Positions 51,262 through 63,652 of a DNA stretch of 64,000 nucleotides are shown piece after piece (the stretch's first letter is position 1; every line of letters starts with the position of its first letter). The position numbers were made by a program, and so were the translations under genes. Origin of the DNA: Lepidodermella squamata (taxonomy: Eukaryota; Animalia; Gastrotricha). The notes under the pieces were generated by a model. That model was given only the letters and a program-made list of their open reading frames with translations, was not told where the DNA came from and did no database searches. The stretch lies in NCBI GenBank assembly GCA_047495785.1, contig JBLDXI010000004.1, positions 620,001 through 684,000 of the forward strand, written 5' to 3'.

Positions 51262-52561
51262 TTATAATAATAATAATAATTTATGTTTCAAAGCGAGCTT
51301 TGAGGACTAGAAGGGCATGCCACTCACTCTAGCCGAATGTCTTATCGTCAGGGCTGCAAAACATGCAGGATCGCACGGTAAAAATTTCCCGCCAAACCCG
51401 CTCGCTCGCTTTATTTAATTCAAACATCAGCCCATTACCTAGCGTCCATTTCTCAAGACTAAATCTTTTAACGTCTTCTACTTCGTCAAAGCACGCAACT
51501 GCAAATTTACCACGAGAAATCGCGTTTTAAATGGTTTAACTAACGATTTTATGGGGATATTTTACTAAAATTTATAGTTGCTCATGTTAATGTAAATCCG
51601 TAATTCTTTAATGCATCTCTTAAGTCTGAGTTTTCATGGTCGAATCGGCGCGCGACCTTCACGCGAATATAACTTAGAAAGTCGAAATGAAGTTTTGAAC
51701 GGTGCGGAATATCAAAACACAAATTAGATATTCTGATTCAGCGTTAAACGTTAGGTAATTGTACCTTTCAAAATGATGAAGAAATGCGGAGGAAAAGTTT
51801 ATCAGAGTGAGCGCGCGCGCTCAAAAACAGTGCGTGTGCAGCGCTCTCCTGCGCTCTGCCAAGTGTAAGCGAGAGAGACTGTGCGGGCGCGTCAGCAAAC
51901 ACAAACCGCACACTCACACACACGCGCGCGCGCGCAAACAAGCGAAATTCTGATTTATTTCCCCCTATTTATTCCCCAATTTTAATCATAGCCGCACGCA
52001 AATTTGCAGTCTAGCTCAACTTTTTACGCTGAATCCAAATCTCTGATTTGTTTTTTGAAATTCCGCACCGTCGTAAACTCGAGTTTTTCATATAACTTGC
52101 ACTAATTTCAAATGTTTAGAATTTCCTCGGAATTTTTAGTTTCTATGAAATGTCACTTAAAATAATACCGCGCAAGTTCAGTTTCCTATGAGGATATTAA
52201 TTTCCAAGTATTTCCCGCGGATGATTTTCCACATTTCCCGGTGATTTGTTATACTTTTCAAGGCGAAATTTCCCCAAAATTCCCTGCTGCGCGGCAAAAT
52301 TTCCCCCGCCATTGTGCGCCATTTTTGCATGTTTTGCGGCCCTGCTTATCTTAAGTGAGTGAGATTTCCGTATGACTGGATTCGACTGGATTCGACTAGC
52401 TGACACTTCCAGCCTCCCAATTTTCTATTTTGTAACGCGATGGATTGGTAAAACCACCGCGGGGCCGAGGGGGAACTCGATCTTGGCTACGTCACTAGGA
52501 CTGGAACCCAGTCCCGAGCGCCGAACGATATCCCCTCAGATACACAGTAGCTCAGCGACCA
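51262..52561 (-). mobile_element. Second SINE copy, 5' truncated and split by a hAT MITE
   Basis: 52353-52561 and 51285-51348 match 36580-36852. Confidence 0.85.
51349..52344. mobile_element. hAT-like MITE (8-bp TSD CTTATCGT/CTTATCTT)
   Basis: CAGGGCTGCAAAACATGCA...TGCATGTTTTGCGGCCCTG. Confidence 0.88.
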
Positions 52562-52847
52562 AGTCATTTTGGCAAATATAGCATTCGCTCACATTCTCCG
52601 CACTCGATTAGATCATGCCGACTCGGCTCCGCCTCGCCAGCATGCCCGCATCTCATGCTACGAATCTCAGATATAAATGAAACACTCGTATACATCATAT
52701 ATCATACAAATATAGCAACACAAATGTCCATCCCTGGCAGTTCAGGGACCCTGGGCTGAACAGTTTACAATTGGAAAATTATCCTCACTTTCCTATCTCC
52801 AAATTTATTTCCGAATTCAACCAAAATAATGGAATCAAAGAGCATCT

Positions 52848-53204
52848 TTATGATATGTAGTTCGGAATTGGATTGTAGCCACATCGATTCTGGATATATT
52901 TTGGAAGTTTTTCAGGAGATCGTCTAAGACAGCGCCGAACGTATTTCTGGTGAGAGTGAAATCGTTAACTATAGAACTTGATTTGATTATCGTAGCAACT
53001 TACGTCGTGTATGCACAACTTTTCGCACTGAGTTGAGGTAACCTTGTCAAGTCCACGAAATGTTAACGCTTCTAGTTCGGCTAGTTCGGCATCGTTGAGA
53101 AATCGCAGCCCATTGAGCATCGCACCAAGCTCGGCGTTGAATCGATCAGGGGCGGTGAGACACGGAGCTGCCATGGCAATGAAAATAATTACGAAGATTT
53201 GCAT
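52848..53204 (-). CDS. Secreted 4-Cys family member C (99 aa; exons 53204-53004, 52946-52848)
   Basis: Signal peptide; 57-nt intron; CEKLCIHD|KYVRRCLRRSPEKLPKYIQNRC; TATAAA upstream, AATAAA downstream. Confidence 0.88.
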
Positions 53205-53733
53205 TTTACAGTGATTAATTGATTTCTTACTGAATCCTATCAGCTTGGCGCTTTATAACCTTGCTTCATGCACCGTCAGCTTTGCATTCAGTACAGCGGG
53301 GTTGATGTTTTTGTCACGCTGTCCCTTGATCAACAAACAATTAGTCTCCTCGTAGTTTGATTGAGAGCGATTAAGAGACATGGGCGATTTGGATGCATTG
53401 CGAAGGTGTGTCCTCGACTTGCGGTCGACTAAAAATGAATATCCAAAAAAGGCAAGTTGACACGCAGGTTTCAGGCATTTAGATTCGAATGGATAATTTC
53501 ATTAAACAAAAACTCATACATCGACATTGAGGTCCGCTGTTTGATGAACGAAAAAATCTAGTTCGAGTAAAAGACTGTTCGTTTGATCCATGCCAACCTT
53601 ACATTTTACTTGATTAAAAAAGTTGAGGTTCGAGTAACGCCTAACTTGAGACGTGACATCGCTAAGAAAAAAGGCAGCTAATTAGCTCGGATAAAAACTG
53701 GAGTGAACGATTTGCCAAATTTCAAATCCCAGT

Positions 53734-54034
53734 CATTGTGTTTGAGGTTGTAAGTTGAAAAAAATCTGCACGCTGATTGGTCAGTTGGCTCGTATCCATG
53801 ACTCCGCCTTGCTACTTGATCGTGCGATCCATAAAATGTTTGCAAAAAATATCTTTTTATGAATGGTTTTACGCATTTGTTGGAAACGCGTGCTACGATA
53901 CGGCCTTCATAAAAATAATAAAAGCCACAAATTATATAGATCGCACGATCAAGTAGCAAGGCGGAGTCATGGATACGAGCCAACTGACCAATCAGCGTGC
54001 AGATTTTTTTCAACTTACAACCTCAAACACAATG
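53734..54034. mobile_element. MITE with ~96-bp perfect TIR and 3-bp AGT TSD
   Basis: AGT-CATTGTGTTTGAGG...CCTCAAACACAATG-AGT. Confidence 0.9.
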
Positions 54035-54946
54035 AGTGCCCAAAACTTCTTTTGTCCGTCTACTAATTCCGTAATTAGCTCAAATTGTGCATGCAATTCG
54101 CTGACTCTATAGTTTTGCTTGGAGCTCATAAGATACTTTTTCCAAGTGTATCTTCTCTTTTGATGGCATCGCTTCAGCGTAGGACAACTTTGAACTTGAA
54201 ACTTGATCTTTCATATGGAAAATCCGTTTCATGCATTGAGTTTCATGGGACGCCATATCAATCAGATGTTTTGAATCTGAATCGCAATGAATCTGAATGT
54301 TTTGAATCGCGCAAACAGCTCACAGGCGGATTTTTTCCATTATGGCATCTAAATTAATCTAAATCTAAGGAAGAAAATAAATCAACAGAGGCCTAAAATA
54401 TTGCCTTGTGGTAGCGTTCCTTCAACTTGTTTATTGGAGCTTCTCGTTTAGGATCGCCTTCGTCATCGCCATCTTGAACAAATCGTCGAGATGCCATCAA
54501 AGAAAGAAAGAAAGTAAGATTCATGAATTGGGCAGCAATTCGCCATTTCGACGGCGCATACGATCTTAAGAAAGAAAAGAATCGCTTTCCCCTATAACCT
54601 AAAACACACGTTTTACCATCATCGCGCGAGTTCCTTCAAAACGCATGTTCCCATACGACCTGCGTCAAATCCGCGCTAGAGGATGCGCTTTGCCCTAGAT
54701 GAACGTGCGTTACCCTAAAACATGTATATTTGTCAGCAAACAAATCTGCGAATTCTATGCAGCTTGTAATTTAGACAACTCAAACATTTGACCAGGCTCA
54801 TCTGACATTTTATTAGCACACTGGCATCAACATTCAACTTGAACTTGAATTGAGGCTGAAGCTAAGGACGTTAATAAGTTAGCTTAGAAGTTGGTAATAA
54901 AACTATGATTCGAATAGGCGTTTTACCATGTGTATAACACCATCTC

Positions 54947-55240
54947 TCATCGGTGCTTGTTAAGAGCAAGCTGAAGAAAACCAATTTGTCTGCGACAGCT
55001 GAGTTTGATGAAAGCTAGCCGTTCTTCAACAGAGCGCTGGGAAAGGCATTTCAGCATGCGGTGCGTATTTCTCCTGAGACAATGTACACATAGCGTCGAT
55101 GCCATCTCGTTGATATCTTTGGTTTCGGCCCCATAGTAGCGTTTCAGATCTGAAATGGTAGAATTTGCTGATAACGTTGAGTGAATCACTGCGACAATGA
55201 GGACGATAATAGCAAGTGCTTGGCTCGAAGCAAAGGCCAT
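54947..55240 (-). CDS. Intronless divergent secreted 4-Cys family member E (97 aa)
   Basis: Strong signal peptide; C-x2-C-x10-C-x16-C with CL...RLAFIKLSC, similar to CL...RLEFIAMMC of member D. Confidence 0.72.
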   Translation of the reverse strand: MAFASSQALAIIVLIVAVIHSTLSANSTISDLKRYYGAETKDINEMASTLCVHCLRRNTHRMLKCLSQRSVEERLAFIKLSCRRQIGFLQLALNKHR

Positions 55241-56841
55241 CGATATGATTTTGCTCTAAGTATAATTTAGAAGTGTTTTTCGCCCATGTAGAAAAGTGAA
55301 GCCTTTTAATGCCCTCTGACAGTTAGATTCTTACGCCGACAGAAATCAACATTGACAGTTGTCCGCATTTCAAGAACACCGCTGTACAGATTCAGCACGT
55401 GTGTGTCAGAGCTGTGGCAGCTACTTCAAGTATGTCGTCCGCAGCTCAGTTCAAAAATTGTCTCTAGATAATGTACAGACCATTTGATATAATTGGAGAC
55501 TGACATCAGATTAGCTTGGACCCTAATTTTCCGCCAGCCTCAAAAATTATATAACGCTTGGAATCGCGTGTGGTCTGCTGCAGCTAGGGCCTATCCATCA
55601 GCTCGGCACATGGTGGCTATTTTGTAATTCCCAGAATCGTGCAGGTTATGTAGTTAACAGAAAAACCCCCGGAATACGTCTGCGGGAAAAAACGATGCAC
55701 GCTTTACCCTTATATGTCATTGGACGCAACGGGTGGATAATTTAGAAATTCATCAACATGACGACCATATGATATTTACGGTGAGCTGGTCAGCTGCCGT
55801 GACACAGACAGAATATCTTGCACTCGAGAACAACAATTCGACTTCAAACAGGTGATAGTACTAAGCAAACTTCGAATGTGTTTACATCAGTGAATAATAC
55901 GCCTGAATGCAAAGTTTGACCAGTGTAGAAAGTAGGAAGACGTCAAAGGTACGGATATCGGCACCTTTGGTGACAAATCCACAGGGGGGACCCTTACACT
56001 CCGCGAAAAAAATTTCAATTTCCCAAATTTGCATTCTCATCACTTAGTCAACTTTTGCTAATCAGTATGTTATAAACTAAAAACTGAAACATCGTTTTTC
56101 AGAGCGCATCGGGGTTAAGAAGACGTGGCCCCTGATTGGGTCCATGATTACATTATGCCGAGTCTTTAATGAAGCGGACTATGGGAGTGGCATAATTGCC
56201 CTTGTTTCTTCTAACTGTCACGTTCTTTTGTGAATTTCAAAAGTAGAAAGTAGCTTTGTCGTTACCAACGTAATTTGATTTTTGTGAAGAGACGATGTTG
56301 TCAACAAATCAGTGTATTACTACCGTGATTATTTATACAAATCAAGTGTCTACACGCGTACTAAATGGCTGCTGGGTGAACAGGGGGAATTTTTTTGAGT
56401 CTGTTTAGATGGTAATTATTTGTCTAGGTGATTTTGATTTGTTTAATATTTGATTCGTTTAATAGGTGAAATCTGAGCGCCGTGATGGACACTGGCAGTC
56501 AATAAGTCTAATTAGCAGTCAGTTTGATGATTTTTTTGTCTGACATTAAGTTTTATATCTATGGAACCCAATTAATTTCAAATGTTGTTAACTGGGTTTT
56601 CGATTACCTCACATTGCGCTCTGCAAGATATGGTCTGAATGTCAATTTAGAATATTTGCAACAAACAGACAATTTTGATTTGAATTGTAATTGAATTGAT
56701 TGATTGTAATTGATATTAGAGTGATTTCAAATTGGATTGACACACTGCGAACGTCGCTTTGAGGTATTTATTCTGGTAAGTAATGTCAGATAATTTCATT
56801 GTACTTGAACTAAAAAAGCATTTGTAGTTTCTCGGACAAAT

Positions 56842-57214
56842 ATGAATACTAGGTTGCCATTTCTCCTAGTTGCTTTCGCAACATTGCTTCAACCGATTGC
56901 AACAGCTCGCCTTGATAAGAAAGTGCGCTTAATCTTCGAAGCACTGAAAGGTATCAGCAATGAGCAGGTCGCGAAGTTGTTATCTAAAATGCACCACACT
57001 CTGGACGGTTTGACAAAATCGCATTGTCTCAGGGCCTGCAATCACATGGTAAGTTATATTCAAATGAAACGAGTAAATTTTCAAAAAATCAACTATTTTT
57101 CCGCAGCTACAGTTACGCGCATGTTTACATATCGTTGTAGAAAATCGGCTGGAATTTATAGCAATGATGTGCTTAAATAACTCTGCTGTCTTTAATGGAC
57201 TTCCAGTGAAGTGA
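56842..57214 (+). CDS. Secreted 4-Cys family member D (104 aa; exons 56842-57048, 57107-57214)
   Basis: Signal peptide; 58-nt intron; CLRACNHM|LQLRACLHIVVENRLEFIAMMC; AATAAA near 57282. Confidence 0.88.
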
Positions 57215-57536
57215 GCTTTGATCGTCGGTGAATGAAATCGTCATGCCATCCGGTTCTGTCTATAATTCGTAAAAATAAGGAAATAAAAGTTACCGGCCGC
57301 AGGCAGTCACTATGGGCTCCTAAAATTTCTCACAGTATTCCACCTGAGAATAGGCAAGCGGTCAGTCTGAATTTCAGCAAATAAACATAATTGGCTATAG
57401 ACTGCTTACTCACGAGGAAAGGTTGCTCGCAATGGAGACCAGGAGGTCAAAGGTCAACTGATTGCCAAAACTTGTATTCTTCAGAATTCAGAAATCATGA
57501 TTCTCCAATATGATGCTGTGATACGGAACCTTGAGC

Positions 57537-58480
57537 TCATGATCCGCTGGTTATAGGTTTCCCTCGAGCTGTTCGCTCGTTCCAATCATGTCTTGTTTCA
57601 GCTCGGGCGTATTCAATATCAAGGTCATTCAAAATGTTGCTCATGGCACAATCGGTGGCGGCTTGAGGTCTGGGTTTTTGACTGGCTGGGTCTGTTTTTA
57701 CGAAAAACGACTTCCTAGCGTAAACACAGCTGCTTTCAGTCGGGAAAGCAGTGATAGGCGGGAACTGAGTTTCTGTAGCCATACAGCCGCCACCATTAGT
57801 ATTCGCTCGGCAAGTGCGCTTTCCATCAGACGCCTCGCATCGATAAAAGCTTGGAGAAAACAAAATTAATTATTGAGCTAGGGAAACTCACGAGAAACTC
57901 ACTTGATTTTACAGGTCGGAAAATTGTCGAAAAGGAGACCGTAACCCCAAGAATGCTAAATATATAGACCAAGCTTGGGTATTTTTTAATTTAGATAGAT
58001 ATGTATACTGTTAACTCTGGGCAGTTGATGGAATTCGGGACGCAGACTACGGCAGAATCTAGCGCGACATTCACGCATTTGATATGCTGACCCTATTAAA
58101 AACGCAGTCAGCGTAAAAATATGATGAACAGTTGGACAAATTACTCGAGTCAAAGCCAGGCACGCGAAACTATCTGCAAAAAGGCCTTCGGTTGAGCCGA
58201 TTTTCCCGAGCTGAAAATTGTTGAAAACACGTTGGAAAGCTTGGGGAAATCTGAATTGTTAATTGTTACGTCATATTTTCCAAAATCTACTTGACAAGAG
58301 CTCAGGCAGCTGCCTCCACTTTCCGAATCGTAGCATAGTTGGATAGTCTGGAATTCTGAAATACATTTTTCACCAAAACATTAAATGGACCTTACCCCTT
58401 TCTCTCTCTTCAAAATCATGAAGATTGGTCCTGAAAAGACCCCAATAGTTCGAGGATCCTTCTTCGCGCGCTGCTTGTAA
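57537..58480 (-). CDS. Multi-exon cysteine-rich protein, 5' end unresolved
   Basis: Phase-compatible exons 58347-58270, 58210-58145, 58092-58009, 57955-57903 and 57849-57537 with GT-AG introns of about 50-60 nt, plus an upstream exon ending at 58396. Confidence 0.72.
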
Positions 58481-58503
58481 ATATGAACAAAGTCAATGCA
58501 ATA

Positions 58504-58619
58504 CAGGGCGTTCGCGAGATAATACTCTGACTGAGCTAAAAATAGCTAGAAAAAAGCTAAAATGCGTGCAAAAAGCAGCATAGCTATTTCTAGCAGAGTA
58601 TTATTACGCGAACGCCCTG
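58504..58619. mobile_element. 116-bp MITE related to the mariner family at 38507
   Basis: TA-CAGGGCGTTCGCG...CGCGAACGCCCTG-TA. Confidence 0.88.
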
Positions 58620-58629
58620 TATTTCAGGG

Positions 58630-61005
58630 AGGCGATCCACATGGCAAACACACTATGGCGATCTTATTATAGCTCAATCACTATGGCACAGTTTTACTTT
58701 GGCTTAAAAGATCTTGAAAATTTTGTATTCATTATGGCAAATAACGTTGTGGAACAGGAGGTTATCGTTATGGCACAAACCAAATTATAGCAAAACGAAT
58801 TTATTATTTTATTTACAACCTATTTCCAACAAAAAAGGGAAAAAGATGAAAATGTTTATTCGTCGTCCTCCTCCTCGCCGGAGCTCTCCTCATCAGGGGG
58901 GTAGCTGAATTTGCTGACTTGTAAGTCAAACTTCTTTGCGATTGTGTTGATGTAATTCAAGATGCCAGCCACGTCATCATCAGCAGGCAGCGGCGCCTCC
59001 TTAACGAATTTAGCCAACGCCTCGTTAGATCAACTCATTGATATAATTGTTATATACCTTGACCTGTCAAAAGCCTTCGATGTTGTGCCGATCTCTTTGT
59101 TACTATCCAAGCTCTCAGATATCAATATTTGTGGAAACCTGCACGCCTGGATAAAGGCTTTCTTGAGCGACCGATTTTTCAGGGTAGCAGTGAATAACAG
59201 TGTGTCATCATGGTCGGCGGTCACTTCTGGAGTACCTCAGGGCTCTGTTCTAGGGCCGCTGCTGTTCTTGATTTTCACGACAGAAGTAAATGTGTTGGTC
59301 GAGAGATCGATTGCAAAATTCTTCGCCGACGATACGAAGCTATACCGGGCGATCCGTTCTTTAAGCGATTGCATCGAACTGCAGAAAGACTTGGATGAAA
59401 TCATCAACTGGTTTGACGCTATCTGTGAATTCGAAAAAATGCGTCGTGCTTATACTCGGGCAAAACAAATTTATGTTCAAATTCAAAATTAAAGATGTCG
59501 AGCTTGATGTTGTGGACTCAGTGAAAGACCTCGGAATAATTATTGATAAAAATCTCACCTTCTCTGAGCACTGTAACGCATTGGCAACTAAATGCCACAG
59601 AATTAACGGTGTTATTTGTAAATCGTTCGCCTCTAAATCCTTACGTCTCAAAGCCTATAAAACGTATACTTTATCTCGTCTTGACTTTTGCCCGTCTGTT
59701 TACTCACCTTACCTAATAACAGATATTGAAAAGGTCGAATCGATTCAAATCCGCTTCACAAAACGTTTGCTATATCGTAGTACCTACTACTCATCGATCG
59801 AAGGCTCCTCCTATGAAAAACGACTAAAAAAGCTTGGGTTGTGTTCACTCGAATTAAGACGCTACCAACACGATCTTGCGTTATGTCATAAAATGTACCA
59901 GCGTGCTGTGGACTTAAATTTCTCTGACTTCTTTAATATTTCCACTAATCCGCGCTTACCGCATCATTCTGTTACAATGGAAAGCTACAGTCATGCCAGC
60001 TCTCAGTTTTCATTTGTGAGGCGAGTGCGTCCAGCTTGGAACAGGCTACCATCTTCCGTCGTTAATAATTCATATTCTTCATTCTTGAAATATCTTAAAT
60101 GTATTACTGACTTGGGAAAATTCACAATTTCTGTGGTGAGGCGCCATAACTTAACGTATTGTTAATTCCTAATTGCTAAATGTTGAAAGACAAATTGCAA
60201 AATAAAACAGTGACTTGACCAGAACACCATGATGATAAATACCGACGAAGGTTCTCTGGAAATAGCGGAAAAACTTGGCTAGATCATGAACTGTGGCGAG
60301 ATCGGATGCAATAAAGAGTCGGAAAAATCGTGCCGTGTGAATGGATGTGAAGCGTATACAGCTGAGTAAATTGTGGCGAGGCAATTTTGAAAGTTCCGTC
60401 GCAACTAGCATGGCCGCCGAGGCGTAAAAGACGCGATAGCATCGCCATTGTGCCGAAAATAAGAAACCGCATAGGGTCACTCGGTCCAGAGTCGTGCAAC
60501 AAAAATCTAAACAAATAAACAAATAACCGCAATTAAGCCATAATGATAACTAAAGGAATAAATGCTACATAGCTACTCATTAATTGAGCCGAAATGAGTC
60601 CTAAGATATAAATAATGTTAATTTTGTTTACTTTTCCCCTCTAGGTCGTTGTCAGTTGTGCGGGTACGTCGATATCGGCGAATGTAGTGGGCGCCTTGGG
60701 TAAATTGACCAGCTTTTGTCGCGCTCGGAAAACGCGTTGCATGGTTGCGCGCTCGCTAGGTAGACGGTCGGTGACGTCTAGCGGTTTGCCAAAAGTGACG
60801 TTAGTCCTAATTTCAGTATGCTTGTCATGCGGTCGCGCGACTAACCTAAAACAAAACATTGAAAATTAAAAAAAAAGTTAATTGTTAAGAAATTAAGTAA
60901 TTTCTAACAAATTAAAGGCTGATAAATAACAAATAATAATCTGGCTCAGTTGTGCCATAATGATTAATTTCAAGATCGGAAGTGTGCCATATGTTTTTTC
61001 GTCGT
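58630..61005 (-). mobile_element. MULE (Mutator-like) relic with transposase fragments
   Basis: CDGTFKIASPQFTQLYTLH (60284-60532), LPKAPTTFADIDVP (60641-60859), acidic C terminus at about 58856-59030; TATGGCA repeats in both ends; boundaries approximate. Confidence 0.78.
59035..60165 (+). pseudogene. 5'-truncated CR1-like LINE RT fragment nested in the MULE
   Basis: YLDLSKAFD, SGVPQGSVLGPLLF, FADDTKLY, KDLGI, IESIQIRFTK-like motif, WNRLP; one frameshift near 59420. Confidence 0.92.
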
Positions 61006-62989
61006 CTTGAGTTGTCTTGACAAGTGTCATCTAGAATGTGTGTGCGCGCCACCTTAATCTTCGAAGTGTAAACAAAACCAAGAAATCGCCACCTAATCTT
61101 GAATTATGTCAACAAAACCTTGAAAACGCAGCGCTGAACTTGAAAGCGCCTCTAAAGACTGTAAATCGTAACCCGCGCACATGAAATTGTCAACTTTTTC
61201 AGAGAATTGTAAACTAAACCCTAGCCAACAGAAACTAATGGAAAAAGGCAAAAAGACAAGGGGGTTCGGATGAGTCATAGGTAGATAGCGCCTAGTTTGG
61301 CCGGGCCGGGCTGGGTACGGTGACCACGGGCCGGGTCTGCTTGTTGGACTCCTTTGAAGGGCCTGGCCGGGTTAAAAAATCTCGGAGCGACCGCGTTCGA
61401 GCGGGGTAGCGGGGATTTACCACTCCTCAGGCCGCTCTAAAACATGCCCGCACGCGACGCTTGCAGGAAAAATGACGAATTCAAACTGGTCTCGCCTTAT
61501 TGAACGATGGCCGGCATATGTGTTTTCATCATCGTATTTTCATCATCGTCTCACGTATAGGGGAAAATTCTGTCTAATAACGGCTAGGGCTATCATGTCA
61601 ATAAAAAAATTATATCCCTTTTCAGGAATATTAGTAAAATTTTTGAGATCTTTTTCTCCTTGTCCTAAATGATTTTACGTCACTGGGTTAGCAATTAAGT
61701 GATTCTCCCAGGGTAATAATAAAGCAGAACAAGAGATCAAGGAAGCTAGTTTTCTCTTCCGCGAACGTCACCAGCTGCGCGCTCGTGTGTTGTTTGTACA
61801 CAATAATGATCGCTGGGAGTGGACACCCACATTTCAAAACCATGTGTGCGAGTGTGGAATAGCGCTCGTTGGACGGATGTCTGTAGGATTGAGGACTATT
61901 GTAAGCCGGACAGGATTAACGATTATTGCCCACCTAAAGGTTTTTGTGTCATCAGCTCATTTTGAAGCGAATATTGAACCATAAAAATTCGAGACCTTTT
62001 TAGCCAGGATGGCCTATCAAAAATCAAAAATGAAAATAAGTCAAGAATAGTATTTCTATTACTATCATTGTCGGCTTGGCGGATTTTTATGGTTGCTGTC
62101 ACTTTTTTGAGGTCATTGGTCGATGATGAGAGACGTAGCAAGCGAATTCGGCCCTATCTCTGTCTTTACAGTCATTTGAAAAACAACAGCTGACGCAAGG
62201 TCATTATTGCAAAACACCCGATTTTCAAATGAATATGAAGCGGGGTTGTCCCTGGATCGGGTTTGGTCCGGGTCGGTTCGGGTACAATCGGGTCCTCAGA
62301 GGCACACAACCTAGCGGGTTGCCGCCAAGCTGTGGAACAGTTCGCATTGCTTACTGCTAAGATCTCATCCATGTGTGAGGCCAAGACGAGGCCGACAGCC
62401 ACTTGGGCAGGAAATAACAATAATAGCAGTTGCCGGCAGAGAGTGTTTGAATGTCCTTAATGTCGCGGCTACGCTGAAGGCAGCCTGACGACGGCACTGG
62501 CATTAGGCAACCAACAAGATACCTATAGCACTTCCAGGATTTCCCTGGCAGTGAGGCCTTGGATCTTTAGCTGGTCAAGCGGTACCACCACGTCAAGGTT
62601 CCAGTGCAAAGGTCCGTTTTTTTTTTTGTTAAGGACACTGGGTCGGCGGAGCGGGCCACATTGTGGTACCCTCAAGTGAGCCATTAGCTCACAAGTCCAA
62701 TCAAACACACAAACCAACTGCAAACTTAATGCAGTCAAGAAAAGCCGTACGGATATGGCGTACCAAGAGTTGGCACGCACGTGCAGTGCGCGCAACTGGC
62801 GCACACCGCCACGCTCTAACATAGGGCATTAGCCCAAGTGAGAGTTGAAGCCAGGATGCGTACCTGGCGGCTGCTACCAGCCAAGCGGGCATTGCCTGCT
62901 TATGGGGTCCTGCCCTCAGGACCGGAGGCTCACCTAGGGCGCGGACTCCATCCGTAACGTCCTTTTAGCAGATGTCAGGGCGCTAAAGT

Positions 62990-63652
62990 TTAAGGGATCC
63001 CACGCCTCGTTGAGGACGCCTGACGCCGTGCGTAAAGGGCCTCATAGCTCGCAGTCTGTTCACAAAAGCAGTGTGGCCACCGTACATTGTCAGGGTGGTG
63101 GGTGGTGTCCTTCTTCCACCACTCCGCACAGATGCGCTTCCAGAAGTTCCGGAAGATGCAGCACGCCCGTGGGTGAGCGTTAATAAAATGTAGGTACATG
63201 CCGTGGATATTACGACAGCGGTAGTCGCATCTGCGAAAACCGCAGCGGAGTTCCTCAGAGATCGCCTGATAGAACGGTGTCGCCTTCTTCTGCTCCCAAA
63301 TTTTCAACCAGAAGTGATAGCGTGACATCGCCCGGTCACCCCCCGTCACAGGGGACATAGGTCTGGGGCGTGACGCGAGCTGGCTAGACTGAACGGAAGG
63401 CGGGAGTTCCACTACTTCCGGGGGCGTGGGACATTGGGGTTTACGCCCAGCAATGGGGAACATGAGACTTTGCCCAGCTGTGAAAAGAGACAATTTGCAC
63501 ATCAGCGTATGTTTATTGACAGACAGTACAACAATACTGAGTACACAGTTAGTATACATGAAAAGGTCTGTTAGCGCTCGGGCAGTGCCCATAGTGGCGC
63601 TCGCTTCAACGCGTACGCTGGTTCTTCTTCTGGGGGTCGCCAACGGCGCCAC
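62990..63652 (-). CDS. Possible spliced gene with a C2H2-like zinc finger
   Basis: CGFRRC-x12-H-x4-H (CGFRRCDYRCRNIHGMYLHFINAH); candidate acceptors at 63653 and 63478; exon structure uncertain. Confidence 0.4.
   Translation of the reverse strand: MAPLATPRRRTSVRVEASATMGTARALTDLFMYTNCVLSIVVLSVNKHTLMCKLSLFTAGQSLMFPIAGRKPQCPTPPEVVELPPSVQSSQLASRPRPMSPVTGGDRAMSRYHFWLKIWEQKKATPFYQAISEELRCGFRRCDYRCRNIHGMYLHFINAHPRACCIFRNFWKRICAEWWKKDTTHHPDNVRWPHCFCEQTASYEALYARRQASSTRRGIP

Noticed and set aside
57049-57180. Unspliced C termini of ORFs 56842+, 53204-, 25567+ and 23205-
   Set aside because: They read into introns; the spliced forms of B, C and D restore conserved cysteine spacing.
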